From an uncultured Planctomycetales bacterium (GTDB taxonomy: Bacteria > Omnitrophota > Gorgyraeia > Gygaellales > Profunditerraquicolaceae), in the NCBI GenBank assembly GCA_964645795.1, contig CAZYCL010000008.1, forward strand, positions 8,166 through 72,165: a stretch of DNA of 64,000 bases, given 5' to 3'. Positions 40,489-48,565 of this stretch are shown piece by piece (position 1 is the stretch's first letter; each line of letters opens with the position of its first letter). A program made the translations under genes and the position numbers. The notes beneath the pieces were generated by a model. It did not search any database and was not told where the DNA came from. It saw nothing but the letters and a program-made list of their open reading frames with translations.

Positions 40489-40734
40489 CTAATCCTCGCT
40501 AAATGACTCGTCGTCCGGCGGATCGGATATGACGATGCTCCCCGCGACCATCTCCCTGTAGGTGTTAAAATGATCCGTAAAGGCGTTGTTCGACGGGCGC
40601 TTGAGCATGACATTAATAATAACCACCACGGAAGTCACGCTTATCGCCGCCAGGATGATCAGCTCCACGGTACTCTGACCTCTTCCTCTCTTCATTGGCT
40701 TTAGCCTCATTTCGAAAAAAAATCCGAAAACCAA
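40489..40734 (-). CDS. Flp/TadE-like prepilin paralog (about 70-81 aa; start ambiguous)
   Basis: ...MKRGRGQSTVELIILAAISVTSVVVIINVML. There are three candidate in-frame Met starts. Confidence 0.6.
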   Translation of the reverse strand: MVFGFFFEMRLKPMKRGRGQSTVELIILAAISVTSVVVIINVMLKRPSNNAFTDHFNTYREMVAGSIVISDPPDDESFSED

Positions 40735-41089
40735 ACGGCTTCCGGAGCGATGAATAACGGATTTTTTAAAAGCTTTAGTAACTGCCTAAAAAATAAAAAA
40801 GAAATAGAGAAACTTGAAAATCCGGCATCGCTCCGTGGCCATCGTTGCCGTTTTTTTCAATTTAACTATAGCATCTATATATATTGGTGTCAATCATATT
40901 TAGCCAATGGTTGAAAGCGTTTTCATAATAAAAAACAGGGTTTACTGTTGAGATAAACTGAAACCTTTTCACGGACAACTTGCACCTTTTAGGTAAAATA
41001 TCAATGAATATAAAGAAAAGGATTGTTTATTGACAAAATGGACGTTTGATGATATATTGACTTTTAAGAAATGTCCAATCTGAGGGAAA
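40735..41089. promoter_or_regulatory. Divergent intergenic region with a canonical sigma70-type promoter (TTGACA-17-TATATT) for the 771-aa gene, followed by ATGTCCAA in the leader
   Basis: TTGACA at 41030-41035, a 17-bp spacer (containing ATGGACGT), TATATT at 41053-41058, ATGTCCAA at 41071-41078, GAGGG RBS, ATG at 41090. The pilin operon promoter on the other strand lies in the same interval. Confidence 0.55.
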
Positions 41090-43405
41090 ATGGGCGTAAT
41101 TCATAAATTAAAGCCGGAAATCCTGGATTTTATCCTGGAAACAAAGAAATCCCAGCCGCTAATAAGCTGCCGAAGCATGGCTGCGGAGATCGAAAAAAAG
41201 TTCTCTTTAAAGGTATCCAAATCCAGCATCAACGCTGTATTTAAGAGCGCGAGCCTCAGCCTTCCCGTAGGCAGAAGATCTATAAAGCAGAAGCCGCAAG
41301 CAGATAAACCCCCCTTGCTCCTGGAAAAGCTTACAGAAACACCTCAGCCTGTTGAATGCCGTCCGGATATCTTGCCATCTCTGGCTAAGGCCCCTTTTGC
41401 CCGGGAAATAATCGCTTCCGCGCAAAAAGAAGTAGACTCAAGCCTTTTGCCGGGTTACGCGAGCCTGCAGGAAGAAGCTGCTCCTGAGGCAGCGGCGCAG
41501 CCCGAGCCTGTTATTGAGCCTTCGATTCAGCCGGTTGAGTCGCCAGTTCAACCACCGCCAGAGACAACAGCTGTTACGCAGCCTCAAGCGGAAGCGGAAA
41601 AGGCAGAACCTGAAGCTGCAAAGGAGGCCATTGAAGAAACGCCTGAGAATCTTAAAGAGGCCACTCGGTCTCCAGAAAAGACAGAACCGCCTGTTGTAAA
41701 ACAAACCCCTGAAGAACAAACTGCTCAAGAGGCGCTGAAACCGGCCGCAGAAGATCAAACCGCTGAGAAGGCTAAACCAGCTGAGCAGATGCCTGAGGCT
41801 CTAGAGCCTGCGAAAGAGGCAACAACGCCTCCCGCGCCGCAGGCGCAGAAGCCAGCAGCGGCGCAACCCGTATTTGAGCCGGAAAAAGAAGCTACTGAAA
41901 TACAGGCTGCGCAAGAACCTGCTCAGCATGTCAAAAAGCCTTTACCAAAAGAGCCGGTCCCGACCGAAGAAAAACAACCCGCAGAAGTAAGCCTGCAGAA
42001 GCCTGCGCCGCTTCCTGAGCATCCGGTTGCAGAACCGCGAGAGATAAAAATAAAAGAGCCTTTGGAAACCCCTGCGGCCAAGACCGCAGGGACCACTCGC
42101 ACTGGCGCGCAAAAAACCAGAGGGCTGGTCATATTAAAAGCCGCAGACAACCTCCTTGGGGGCTCGCGCAGCCTGGCTGAGCTTTTCCGCAATCGAGTCG
42201 ATATCCAGGATAAGAGATTGAATGCCAAGATCGAGGCTTTGGTCTATGGCTCTCTTTTTCAAGAACTGGCCAGCGACGCCCTGCCTACTGATGAGATAAT
42301 AACCGCGGATGAAGCGGTGGAGGTATTGGACAAGCTACGTTCCTCTCCTAATCTGATACAGGAAAGCCTGAGGCTTCTCTTCAACGGCATCGAGGATGTG
42401 CGCTGTATAAAATTCATCCTCTCCGAAGGAAACCAGTTCTTTATCGACGGGCAGTTTCGCAGCGTCTGGTCTTCGCAGCACACCCCGCACAGCTTCTCAA
42501 ACGCCCTGGCAAACACCAAGCTTACTCTCAATAAGTACCTGTATGAGAACAACCCGCTCATTATCTTCTGCGCCCCAGGCAGGGACGTGCCTGCGCAAGA
42601 GCTCTTTGACATGATCGCAAGCCTTAACTACTCTGCCAAACCCATAAAGAAGATCGGGCTATGCGGACACAGGGATAACGACTTGGAGGTCCTGGCATTC
42701 GACCAGAGCTGCAGGCATTACTTTATCTTCGGGATGTTCCCCTGGCAGTATGTAAAGTTCCGCCGGGTAAAGAAGCTCGGAGAGTTTAAAACGGTAACTC
42801 TGGGGTATCCTAAGGGAGAGTGCCTGCTTGCCAAGGCCCAGGTGGAGTTGATCGAACCCTCCCTGCAGCAGTCGGTAGTCCTTAACGGCTGCGCGTTCAA
42901 GACGGACCCCTCAGCCAAGATAAAAGTGGTGATGTTAAGCAATATGCCGGAGGAGATGTTCACTCTGGAGGAGATGGCGGACGCTTACTTTAACCGCTGG
43001 ATAAACACCGAAGAAGGATTCCAGGATTTCAGCAGGAAGCTTGAGCTATTTACTTATACCGCGGGCTGCGAATATCACTTTAGCGCAGACAATCTGAATT
43101 TAAACCCCGGCTCGCCTTACACCGAATTTAAATCCCTGTTTACCAATTATGCCAGGGCAGCCGACCTTTACGCGCGCTGGAGCTTTTTCCCGCAAGGGTA
43201 TGAAAAACTGGATTTCCTGGAAGTTAAAAGGCGCATCTACAGTTTGGACGTGGAAGTAAAAAGGGAGCAAAGATACGCGGAGTATATGTTTGAAAGGCCT
43301 GCCGAGGCAAGCTACGCCAAAGACCTCGAGTATATCTGCCGCAGGTTAAATGAAAGAGAGATCGTTTCCGCCGACGGAAGGCGCCTGTGGTTCTCTATTA
43401 AATAA
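41090..43405 (+). CDS. Hypothetical 771-aa protein with three parts: N-terminal HTH-like domain, about 250-aa Pro/Glu/Ala/Lys-rich low-complexity linker, and a C-terminal ~400-aa domain of unknown function. Possible regulator.
   Basis: ORF track. N-terminus is KLKPEILDFILETKKSQPLISCRSMAAEIEKKFSLKVSKSSINAVFK. The linker is full of PEPxxE/KPAAE repeats. Divergently transcribed from the pilin array. Confidence 0.6.
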   Translation: MGVIHKLKPEILDFILETKKSQPLISCRSMAAEIEKKFSLKVSKSSINAVFKSASLSLPVGRRSIKQKPQADKPPLLLEKLTETPQPVECRPDILPSLAKAPFAREIIASAQKEVDSSLLPGYASLQEEAAPEAAAQPEPVIEPSIQPVESPVQPPPETTAVTQPQAEAEKAEPEAAKEAIEETPENLKEATRSPEKTEPPVVKQTPEEQTAQEALKPAAEDQTAEKAKPAEQMPEALEPAKEATTPPAPQAQKPAAAQPVFEPEKEATEIQAAQEPAQHVKKPLPKEPVPTEEKQPAEVSLQKPAPLPEHPVAEPREIKIKEPLETPAAKTAGTTRTGAQKTRGLVILKAADNLLGGSRSLAELFRNRVDIQDKRLNAKIEALVYGSLFQELASDALPTDEIITADEAVEVLDKLRSSPNLIQESLRLLFNGIEDVRCIKFILSEGNQFFIDGQFRSVWSSQHTPHSFSNALANTKLTLNKYLYENNPLIIFCAPGRDVPAQELFDMIASLNYSAKPIKKIGLCGHRDNDLEVLAFDQSCRHYFIFGMFPWQYVKFRRVKKLGEFKTVTLGYPKGECLLAKAQVELIEPSLQQSVVLNGCAFKTDPSAKIKVVMLSNMPEEMFTLEEMADAYFNRWINTEEGFQDFSRKLELFTYTAGCEYHFSADNLNLNPGSPYTEFKSLFTNYARAADLYARWSFFPQGYEKLDFLEVKRRIYSLDVEVKREQRYAEYMFERPAEASYAKDLEYICRRLNEREIVSADGRRLWFSIK

Positions 43406-43414
43406 CATCCCCGG

Positions 43415-43756
43415 TCATTGCAGCGCAAGCACATCCCCCAAAACTATCCCGTTTCTTGCGATGCTGCCAACAGGCAGCTCAACCGCGAAATAGGCCCTGT
43501 AAAAAATAGCGCTAAGCTGCCATGGCTTAAGCTGCGGGCACAACCCCACTACCCTGCCTTTCCTGTCGGAAAAAACCACATCTATGGGGAAACGCATGAA
43601 AAAGGTGTGCACCGAGTTGCATGGCCTGATAACCAAACATTGCCCGTCTGCAAGACCATCCCTGCCCAATAAACCCTTGAGCCTTTTCAAAAGGCTTCCG
43701 GCAACCTCGGCTTCTTCAGAGATAATATTGTTTTTGCTCAGATTTATTAATTTCAT
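43415..43756 (-). CDS. DUF192 (COG1430) family protein
   Basis: ...LKGLLGRDGLADGQCLVIRPCNSVHTFFMRFPIDVVFSDRKGRVVGL...AVELPVGS fits the DUF192 conserved pattern. Confidence 0.6.
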   Translation of the reverse strand: MKLINLSKNNIISEEAEVAGSLLKRLKGLLGRDGLADGQCLVIRPCNSVHTFFMRFPIDVVFSDRKGRVVGLCPQLKPWQLSAIFYRAYFAVELPVGSIARNGIVLGDVLALQ

Positions 43757-43789
43757 AATTTAATATGTAGCGAACAAGGGCCGCGGTTA

Positions 43790-43890
43790 AACATGGGTTG
43801 CGGTTTCGTTTTCGGTAACGATATAAGAGATGTAACCGATACCGATGGGCGCAACCAATACGTAACCGCAACCGCTAGACGCAGCCGTGA
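43790..43890. repeat. Intergenic copy of the CGGTNNCGG / GTAACCGATACG repeat family
   Basis: gggttgcggtttcgttttcggtaacgatataagagatgtaaccgataccgatgggcgcaaccaatacgtaaccgcaaccgctagacgcagcc shares units with the 30.5-31.0 kb repeats. The overlapping 94-aa ORF is judged spurious. Confidence 0.65.
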
Positions 43891-43901
43891 ATTCCGGGGT
43901 A

Positions 43902-46046
43902 TTACTTCTTCTTAAACAACTCATCCGGGAGCGGTATGCCACGCAACCTGATATCTTCGGCAAAGGTGGGGATATAACCGGTAGGCAGGTAGTTACCGAG
44001 GACTTTTTTGTTCTCGTCAAGTCCCGTCTGCTTGAAAGCGAATACGTCATGCAGCCCGATATGGGTCTCATCGAGCATCCCGGCTATCTCGGTTATCTGC
44101 ATTACCCGGCGGCTGCCGTCGGAAAGGCGGGCGGTATGCACGATGATATCGACCGCGGCGGCGATCATCTCGCGGATAGAGCGCAAAGGCAGCTCTATTC
44201 CCGACATCAGTATCATGGAATCAAGGCGCGCCAGCACATCGTGGGTGGAGTTGGCATGAATTGTGGTCATGGAGCCGTCATGGCCGGTGTTCATGGCCTG
44301 GAGCATATCAAGGCTTTCTACGCCGCGGCACTCGCCGATGATTATCCTGTCCGGACGCATCCTTAAGGTGTTCCTGAAAAGATCCTTGATGGTAATGGAA
44401 CCCTTTCCTTCGATGTTCGGAGGACGCGACTCAAGCCTTATCCAGTGCACCTGATTAAGCTTTAACTCCGCGGCATCTTCGATAGTGATAATACGGTCGT
44501 CTTCCGGTATGAAGTTAGAGAGGACGTTAAGCACGGTGGTCTTGCCTGAACCGGTGCCGCCGGAGACGATGATGTTCTTGCGCGAGACCACGCAGGCGCG
44601 CAGGAAATCGACCATCGCCTGGCTCAATGACTTAAGCTCCACCAGCTCCTCTGCCTTGAAACTTTCCTTGCGGAATTTTCGTATCGTTACCGCCGGCCCT
44701 GTAAGGGACAGCGGCGGTATTATGGCGTTGACGCGGCTGCCGTCGTTAAGACGGGCGTCCACCATCGGCATGGACTCATCAATCCTTCTGCCGATAGGGG
44801 CGATGATCCTTTCGATAATGCGTTTTACCTGTTCATTAGAGACGAACTTTTTATTGGTCAATATAATCTTTCCATCGCGCTCGATGTAGACTTCGTCCTT
44901 ATTGTTGACCATGATATCGCTTATGCCCTGATCGGCGAGAAGGTCTTCCAGGGGCCCGAGCCCCAGGGCCTCATCCAGTATCTCCTTGATGATGGTCTTT
45001 CTTTCGTCGGCGCTGGAGAACAGGCCTCCTGCCTCCTCGGCCAGGATGTTGGTGACCACGATCTGCGCCCTTTCGCGCAATTCCCTGGCCTTCTCGACAT
45101 CGCTAAAGGCGTTGGAGTCCAGCCTTTTAATGTTTAGTTCATCGATCAGGCGGTTATGGACTTTACGTTTGAGTGAGGTAAGGGCATCTACTTCCTCAAC
45201 CGCCGCTCCCTTTGCCATCCGGCCCAGGCCCTGCTTTCGCCAGAAATCCCCTGCCTTGCCGGCTCCGGCAGAAGAACCCCTCTCTATCTGCTGGTGGTCG
45301 GCAAAAATGGTCTTGTCGTCGATAAGCAAGGCGGCGAGCTTGCTGATGGTCTGGGTTATCTTGGAGCGCGGGGCATCTGCCAGCACCGGGATACCGCGGT
45401 TTACCGCCTGGCCTACGATGCGGCCCTCGGAAGGTATCTGGACGAGTATGTCTATGGGCAGGGTCGCCTTGATCTCCTGCCAGCTTATGCTGGATACCGA
45501 TTCGGCGCGGTTTAAGATTATGCGCATCATCTTCAAGGGAAAATTCAGGGACTGCAGGGTATCCAGGACCCAGCGGGTCTGATAGACCGAAAGGACGTCG
45601 GGGGTGATCACCAGCAAAATAAGGTGCGCTTGATCGAGGATGCTGATGAGGGTGTCGCTGAAGCTCTGTCCTGCGTCTATGACGATATAATCATACTTCT
45701 CATCGAGGCTGGTGAAAAGATTGGTAACGGCAAGCTGGTCTATCTGGCAGGACTGCTGCGGGACCATGGTTGCACTTATGAAATCTAACCCAAGCTTGGT
45801 CTTGGTCAGGATCACTTCGTTTCTTAAGGTATCGACGTTGGCCGTAGCCAGGGTCTGCAGGTCTGCCAGGGACTTCTGAACGTTGATGTTAAGCATGCGC
45901 GACAAATCCCGGGGGGCCTGGAGGTCAAAATCGATAAGGCAGACGCGCTGCTGGTGGTGCGCGGCGAGGGCGGTGGCGAGGTTAGCGGCTATAAGGGTCT
46001 TACCCGCTCCTCCTTTTGCGCCAAAGAGAACGACAATCTTTGCCAT
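43902..46046 (-). CDS. Fused TadZ/CpaE-like (MinD/ParA-family) N-terminal domain plus TadA/CpaF secretion ATPase C-terminal domain
   Basis: N-terminus VVLFGAKGGAGKTLIAANLATAL carries the ParA/MinD deviant Walker A. C-terminal half has GGTGSGKTT (Walker A), IIIGECRG, and His/Asp boxes typical of CpaF/VirB11-type ATPases. 714 aa. Confidence 0.75.
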   Translation of the reverse strand: MAKIVVLFGAKGGAGKTLIAANLATALAAHHQQRVCLIDFDLQAPRDLSRMLNINVQKSLADLQTLATANVDTLRNEVILTKTKLGLDFISATMVPQQSCQIDQLAVTNLFTSLDEKYDYIVIDAGQSFSDTLISILDQAHLILLVITPDVLSVYQTRWVLDTLQSLNFPLKMMRIILNRAESVSSISWQEIKATLPIDILVQIPSEGRIVGQAVNRGIPVLADAPRSKITQTISKLAALLIDDKTIFADHQQIERGSSAGAGKAGDFWRKQGLGRMAKGAAVEEVDALTSLKRKVHNRLIDELNIKRLDSNAFSDVEKARELRERAQIVVTNILAEEAGGLFSSADERKTIIKEILDEALGLGPLEDLLADQGISDIMVNNKDEVYIERDGKIILTNKKFVSNEQVKRIIERIIAPIGRRIDESMPMVDARLNDGSRVNAIIPPLSLTGPAVTIRKFRKESFKAEELVELKSLSQAMVDFLRACVVSRKNIIVSGGTGSGKTTVLNVLSNFIPEDDRIITIEDAAELKLNQVHWIRLESRPPNIEGKGSITIKDLFRNTLRMRPDRIIIGECRGVESLDMLQAMNTGHDGSMTTIHANSTHDVLARLDSMILMSGIELPLRSIREMIAAAVDIIVHTARLSDGSRRVMQITEIAGMLDETHIGLHDVFAFKQTGLDENKKVLGNYLPTGYIPTFAEDIRLRGIPLPDELFKKK

Positions 46047-46047
46047 A

Positions 46048-47649
46048 TTAATCGAGTTGGTATGATACGGGCACTATTACCCAGAGCTCATCCTTCTGGA
46101 TAGAGGGCGGCAGCGGCGGGTAAGAGGATATTTCTTTGGCTGCCCGGAGAGCGTTGTCATCGAGCATCCTGTAGCCGGAAGTCTGGTCAACCTTGGCATC
46201 CAGCAACTCGCCTCTAAAAGAAAGGTGCAGGTTAAGCTTTACCGTGCCCTGGAAACCAGCTTTCTTGGCAGAGGCCGGATAGGCTATTCTCTCGATGATG
46301 CGCTTCTGGATAAGGGAGGCGTACTTCTCTTCCGGGGTCAGCGGCTCTTTGGGCTCGACGACGGAAACGACTTTTTCAGAAAGGATCTTGGTTGCGGATT
46401 TTGCCTGTTTTATGATCTTTGGCGTAAGCAGTATGAAAAGCTCGGTATCGCCCCTTTCTCCGGTGCCGCCGCCTTCCTTGGTTTCTTTTTTACGGAAGAG
46501 CGCTCCGATAACAGGCACATCGCCCAAAAACGGCACCTTGCGCAAGTCTTCCCCGGTCTTTTCCTTCATCAGCCCGCCGATGGCCATGGCCTGGCCGTCT
46601 TCAAGATAAAGCTCGGTAGAGGCGTTTCTTTTGCTTAAAGGATAGGCCTTGGCAGTAGGGGCGTTAGCCGCGCCTATTGTTTCAGCCTCGCCGACCTCGC
46701 TTACTTCTATGTTAAGAGCAAGCTTTATACGCTCTTCCTCGGTGACCGTAGGTTTGATCTTGAGTTTTATGCCGAACTCCTTATACTCGACCTCGGTACC
46801 CTCGCCTCCGGTTACCGCGACCGCAGTAGTAAATATAGGCTTCTCCCCTCCGACGATAAGTTCGGCTTCCTTGCCGCTCTGGCAGGCCAGCCTTGGACGC
46901 GAAAGAACCTTTGCTTTGCCTTCCTGAATAAGAGCGTCTATCTTAAAAGCAAAAGGCACAACAGTGCCGCCTGTGCCGCGGTATAAGTCCACGACCCTGA
47001 AAAGACTGCTCCAATTAGTGCCTCTTGCCGCCATGAGCGCCGGGTTAAGCGTAGCCCCTGTCTCGGTAATATCAACCGAACCGGGGAAGGTAAATCCGAG
47101 GGTTTTGGTAGCATCTTTATTAAGCTCGAGTATCTGGACATCGATCTCAACCGCCGCCTCTTCTTCCTTGACCTTGATAAGGTCGACGATCTTGCTCCTT
47201 AGTTCACCCAAAACGACATTTATCCGCTCCCTGTCCTGGGCGGTCTTTACCGAACCCATGAGAAAGACCTTTTCTTCGTCCTCTTCCGGCTGGGTATAGA
47301 CGTCGGGAAGGCTCAATTTGGATAAAAGCTTATCTACGCGCTTCTTGATGATATCCACGTCCTCGGAAAATACTTTTATCAGGTAAGACTGCTCTCCATA
47401 GTCATCCCAGATGACCATAGTGGTCGAGCCTCTTGTCTTGGGGGTGAGGGTCAGTTCTTTCTTGGTGGCCTTGCTTATATCGACTACGGAAGGATTTCCC
47501 AGGACCACGCGGGTGGGGTTGCTCATCGACAGCCGGCGCGTTTCACCCAGATACAGCTTAAGCACCTCTTCGGCCAGCGCGATGTTGTTAAGGCACAAAA
47601 AGCCGAGGAGCGTAAAAAACGGGACAAAAAACCTCATTAGTTTAATCAT
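46048..47649 (-). CDS. CpaC/RcpA-type secretin with a C-terminal TonB_C-like domain
   Basis: Signal peptide. The secretin core is ...VPFLGDVPVIGALFRKKE...ELFILLTPKII. The C-terminal ~90 aa are ...IAYPASAKKAGFQGTVKLNLHLSFRGELLDAKVDQTSGYRMLDDNALRAAKEISSYPPLP, a TonB C-terminal-type fold signature. Confidence 0.7.
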   Translation of the reverse strand: MIKLMRFFVPFFTLLGFLCLNNIALAEEVLKLYLGETRRLSMSNPTRVVLGNPSVVDISKATKKELTLTPKTRGSTTMVIWDDYGEQSYLIKVFSEDVDIIKKRVDKLLSKLSLPDVYTQPEEDEEKVFLMGSVKTAQDRERINVVLGELRSKIVDLIKVKEEEAAVEIDVQILELNKDATKTLGFTFPGSVDITETGATLNPALMAARGTNWSSLFRVVDLYRGTGGTVVPFAFKIDALIQEGKAKVLSRPRLACQSGKEAELIVGGEKPIFTTAVAVTGGEGTEVEYKEFGIKLKIKPTVTEEERIKLALNIEVSEVGEAETIGAANAPTAKAYPLSKRNASTELYLEDGQAMAIGGLMKEKTGEDLRKVPFLGDVPVIGALFRKKETKEGGGTGERGDTELFILLTPKIIKQAKSATKILSEKVVSVVEPKEPLTPEEKYASLIQKRIIERIAYPASAKKAGFQGTVKLNLHLSFRGELLDAKVDQTSGYRMLDDNALRAAKEISSYPPLPPSIQKDELWVIVPVSYQLD

Positions 47650-47653
47650 TCTC

Positions 47654-48565
47654 TTAATAATCCCTTAATGGGACCTTTTCCCGGCCGCTTGAGCCGCGGT
47701 AAATCTCCAGATAACCGCTAGGGGTCTCTTCGTCGTCTTCTTCTTCTTTCTTCTCTTCGAATGCCTGAGGCATAAGCGCTCTCAATATCGTCTCCCAGCT
47801 GACCGGCTGCAGAGGCTGAAGCTGGGAGTCGGCAGGGGAGCGCATAATGAACTTGATCTTAGCCTGCTCCTGGACAAAGGAAATAAGGTTTGCCTCCGGA
47901 GGGGTAAGGGCTACGGTTATGATCGATGAGGCAGCAGCGTCTTTCTTCTCCTGCTGCTTGGGATCCTGCGCTGAAGGCGGCGCGGGAGGAGCGGTGTCCC
48001 TGCCCACTGCCACCACCAAAACATTCTGAAGCAGGGGAACAGAGGTCAACTGGGATGTCGGTTTGCCGTCCGGAGCGGTCGCAGGCAGAGGGATCATCGC
48101 TATCACGTCAACGTAATTACCGGGGATGATCAGCCCCGCCAAAGAAGAGATATCGTCGACTTTTATGGTGACCGCTCTTTTTCCTACGGGAGTAGCCATG
48201 GCCAAAGACATGCCCTGGGCCTCGCGCTTGCTGGAAAGCCTGTCCAGGGTTATCTGCTGGCCCTTGGGTATCAGGGCGACTGCCGTCATGTCGATTATTC
48301 TTTCGGGAGAGGTCACTGCCTGCGGCTGGACAAACTGGCTAGGCACTGGCATGGCCTCGATCATCGAGGCGTCAACGACTGAGCCGGGCGAGATGTCTTT
48401 CTTTGCCACCATCACCGCCACTTGGCTGGTCTGCATCTTCTTGATCTGCTTATTGGCCTGTTCTACGATGAACTGCCTCTGCTGCTGGATATAGGCATAG
48501 ACGGCGAATACCGCCAGGAATGCTATGGCCACACCCAGGATAAGCACCAGCTGCTGTCTTTGCAT
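47654..48565 (-). CDS. cpaB: CpaB-type Flp pilus assembly protein (SAF domain)
   Basis: N-terminal TM followed by ...VAVMVAKKDISPGSVVDASMIEAMPVP. The C-terminus is rich in Ala/Pro/Glu. Confidence 0.6.
   Translation of the reverse strand: MQRQQLVLILGVAIAFLAVFAVYAYIQQQRQFIVEQANKQIKKMQTSQVAVMVAKKDISPGSVVDASMIEAMPVPSQFVQPQAVTSPERIIDMTAVALIPKGQQITLDRLSSKREAQGMSLAMATPVGKRAVTIKVDDISSLAGLIIPGNYVDVIAMIPLPATAPDGKPTSQLTSVPLLQNVLVVAVGRDTAPPAPPSAQDPKQQEKKDAAASSIITVALTPPEANLISFVQEQAKIKFIMRSPADSQLQPLQPVSWETILRALMPQAFEEKKEEEDDEETPSGYLEIYRGSSGREKVPLRDY

Noticed and set aside
42940-43060. Transposase-like Y-x2-R-W-x-(I)-x-E-x-x-F motif (AYFNRWINTEEGFQDF) in the C-terminal domain of the 771-aa protein, suggesting an IS4/IS5-type DDE transposase
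   Set aside because: Spacing is off by one residue from the canonical YxxRxxxE signature. No convincing DDE triad or terminal inverted repeats were seen. The long PEAK-rich linker is atypical for transposases. Kept as a weak possibility only.
43787-44071. 94-aa minus-strand ORF and other small ORFs overlapping the tadZ-tadA 3' end and repeat
   Set aside because: It overlaps the well-supported ATPase CDS and the intergenic repeat. No RBS, and the composition is repeat-derived.
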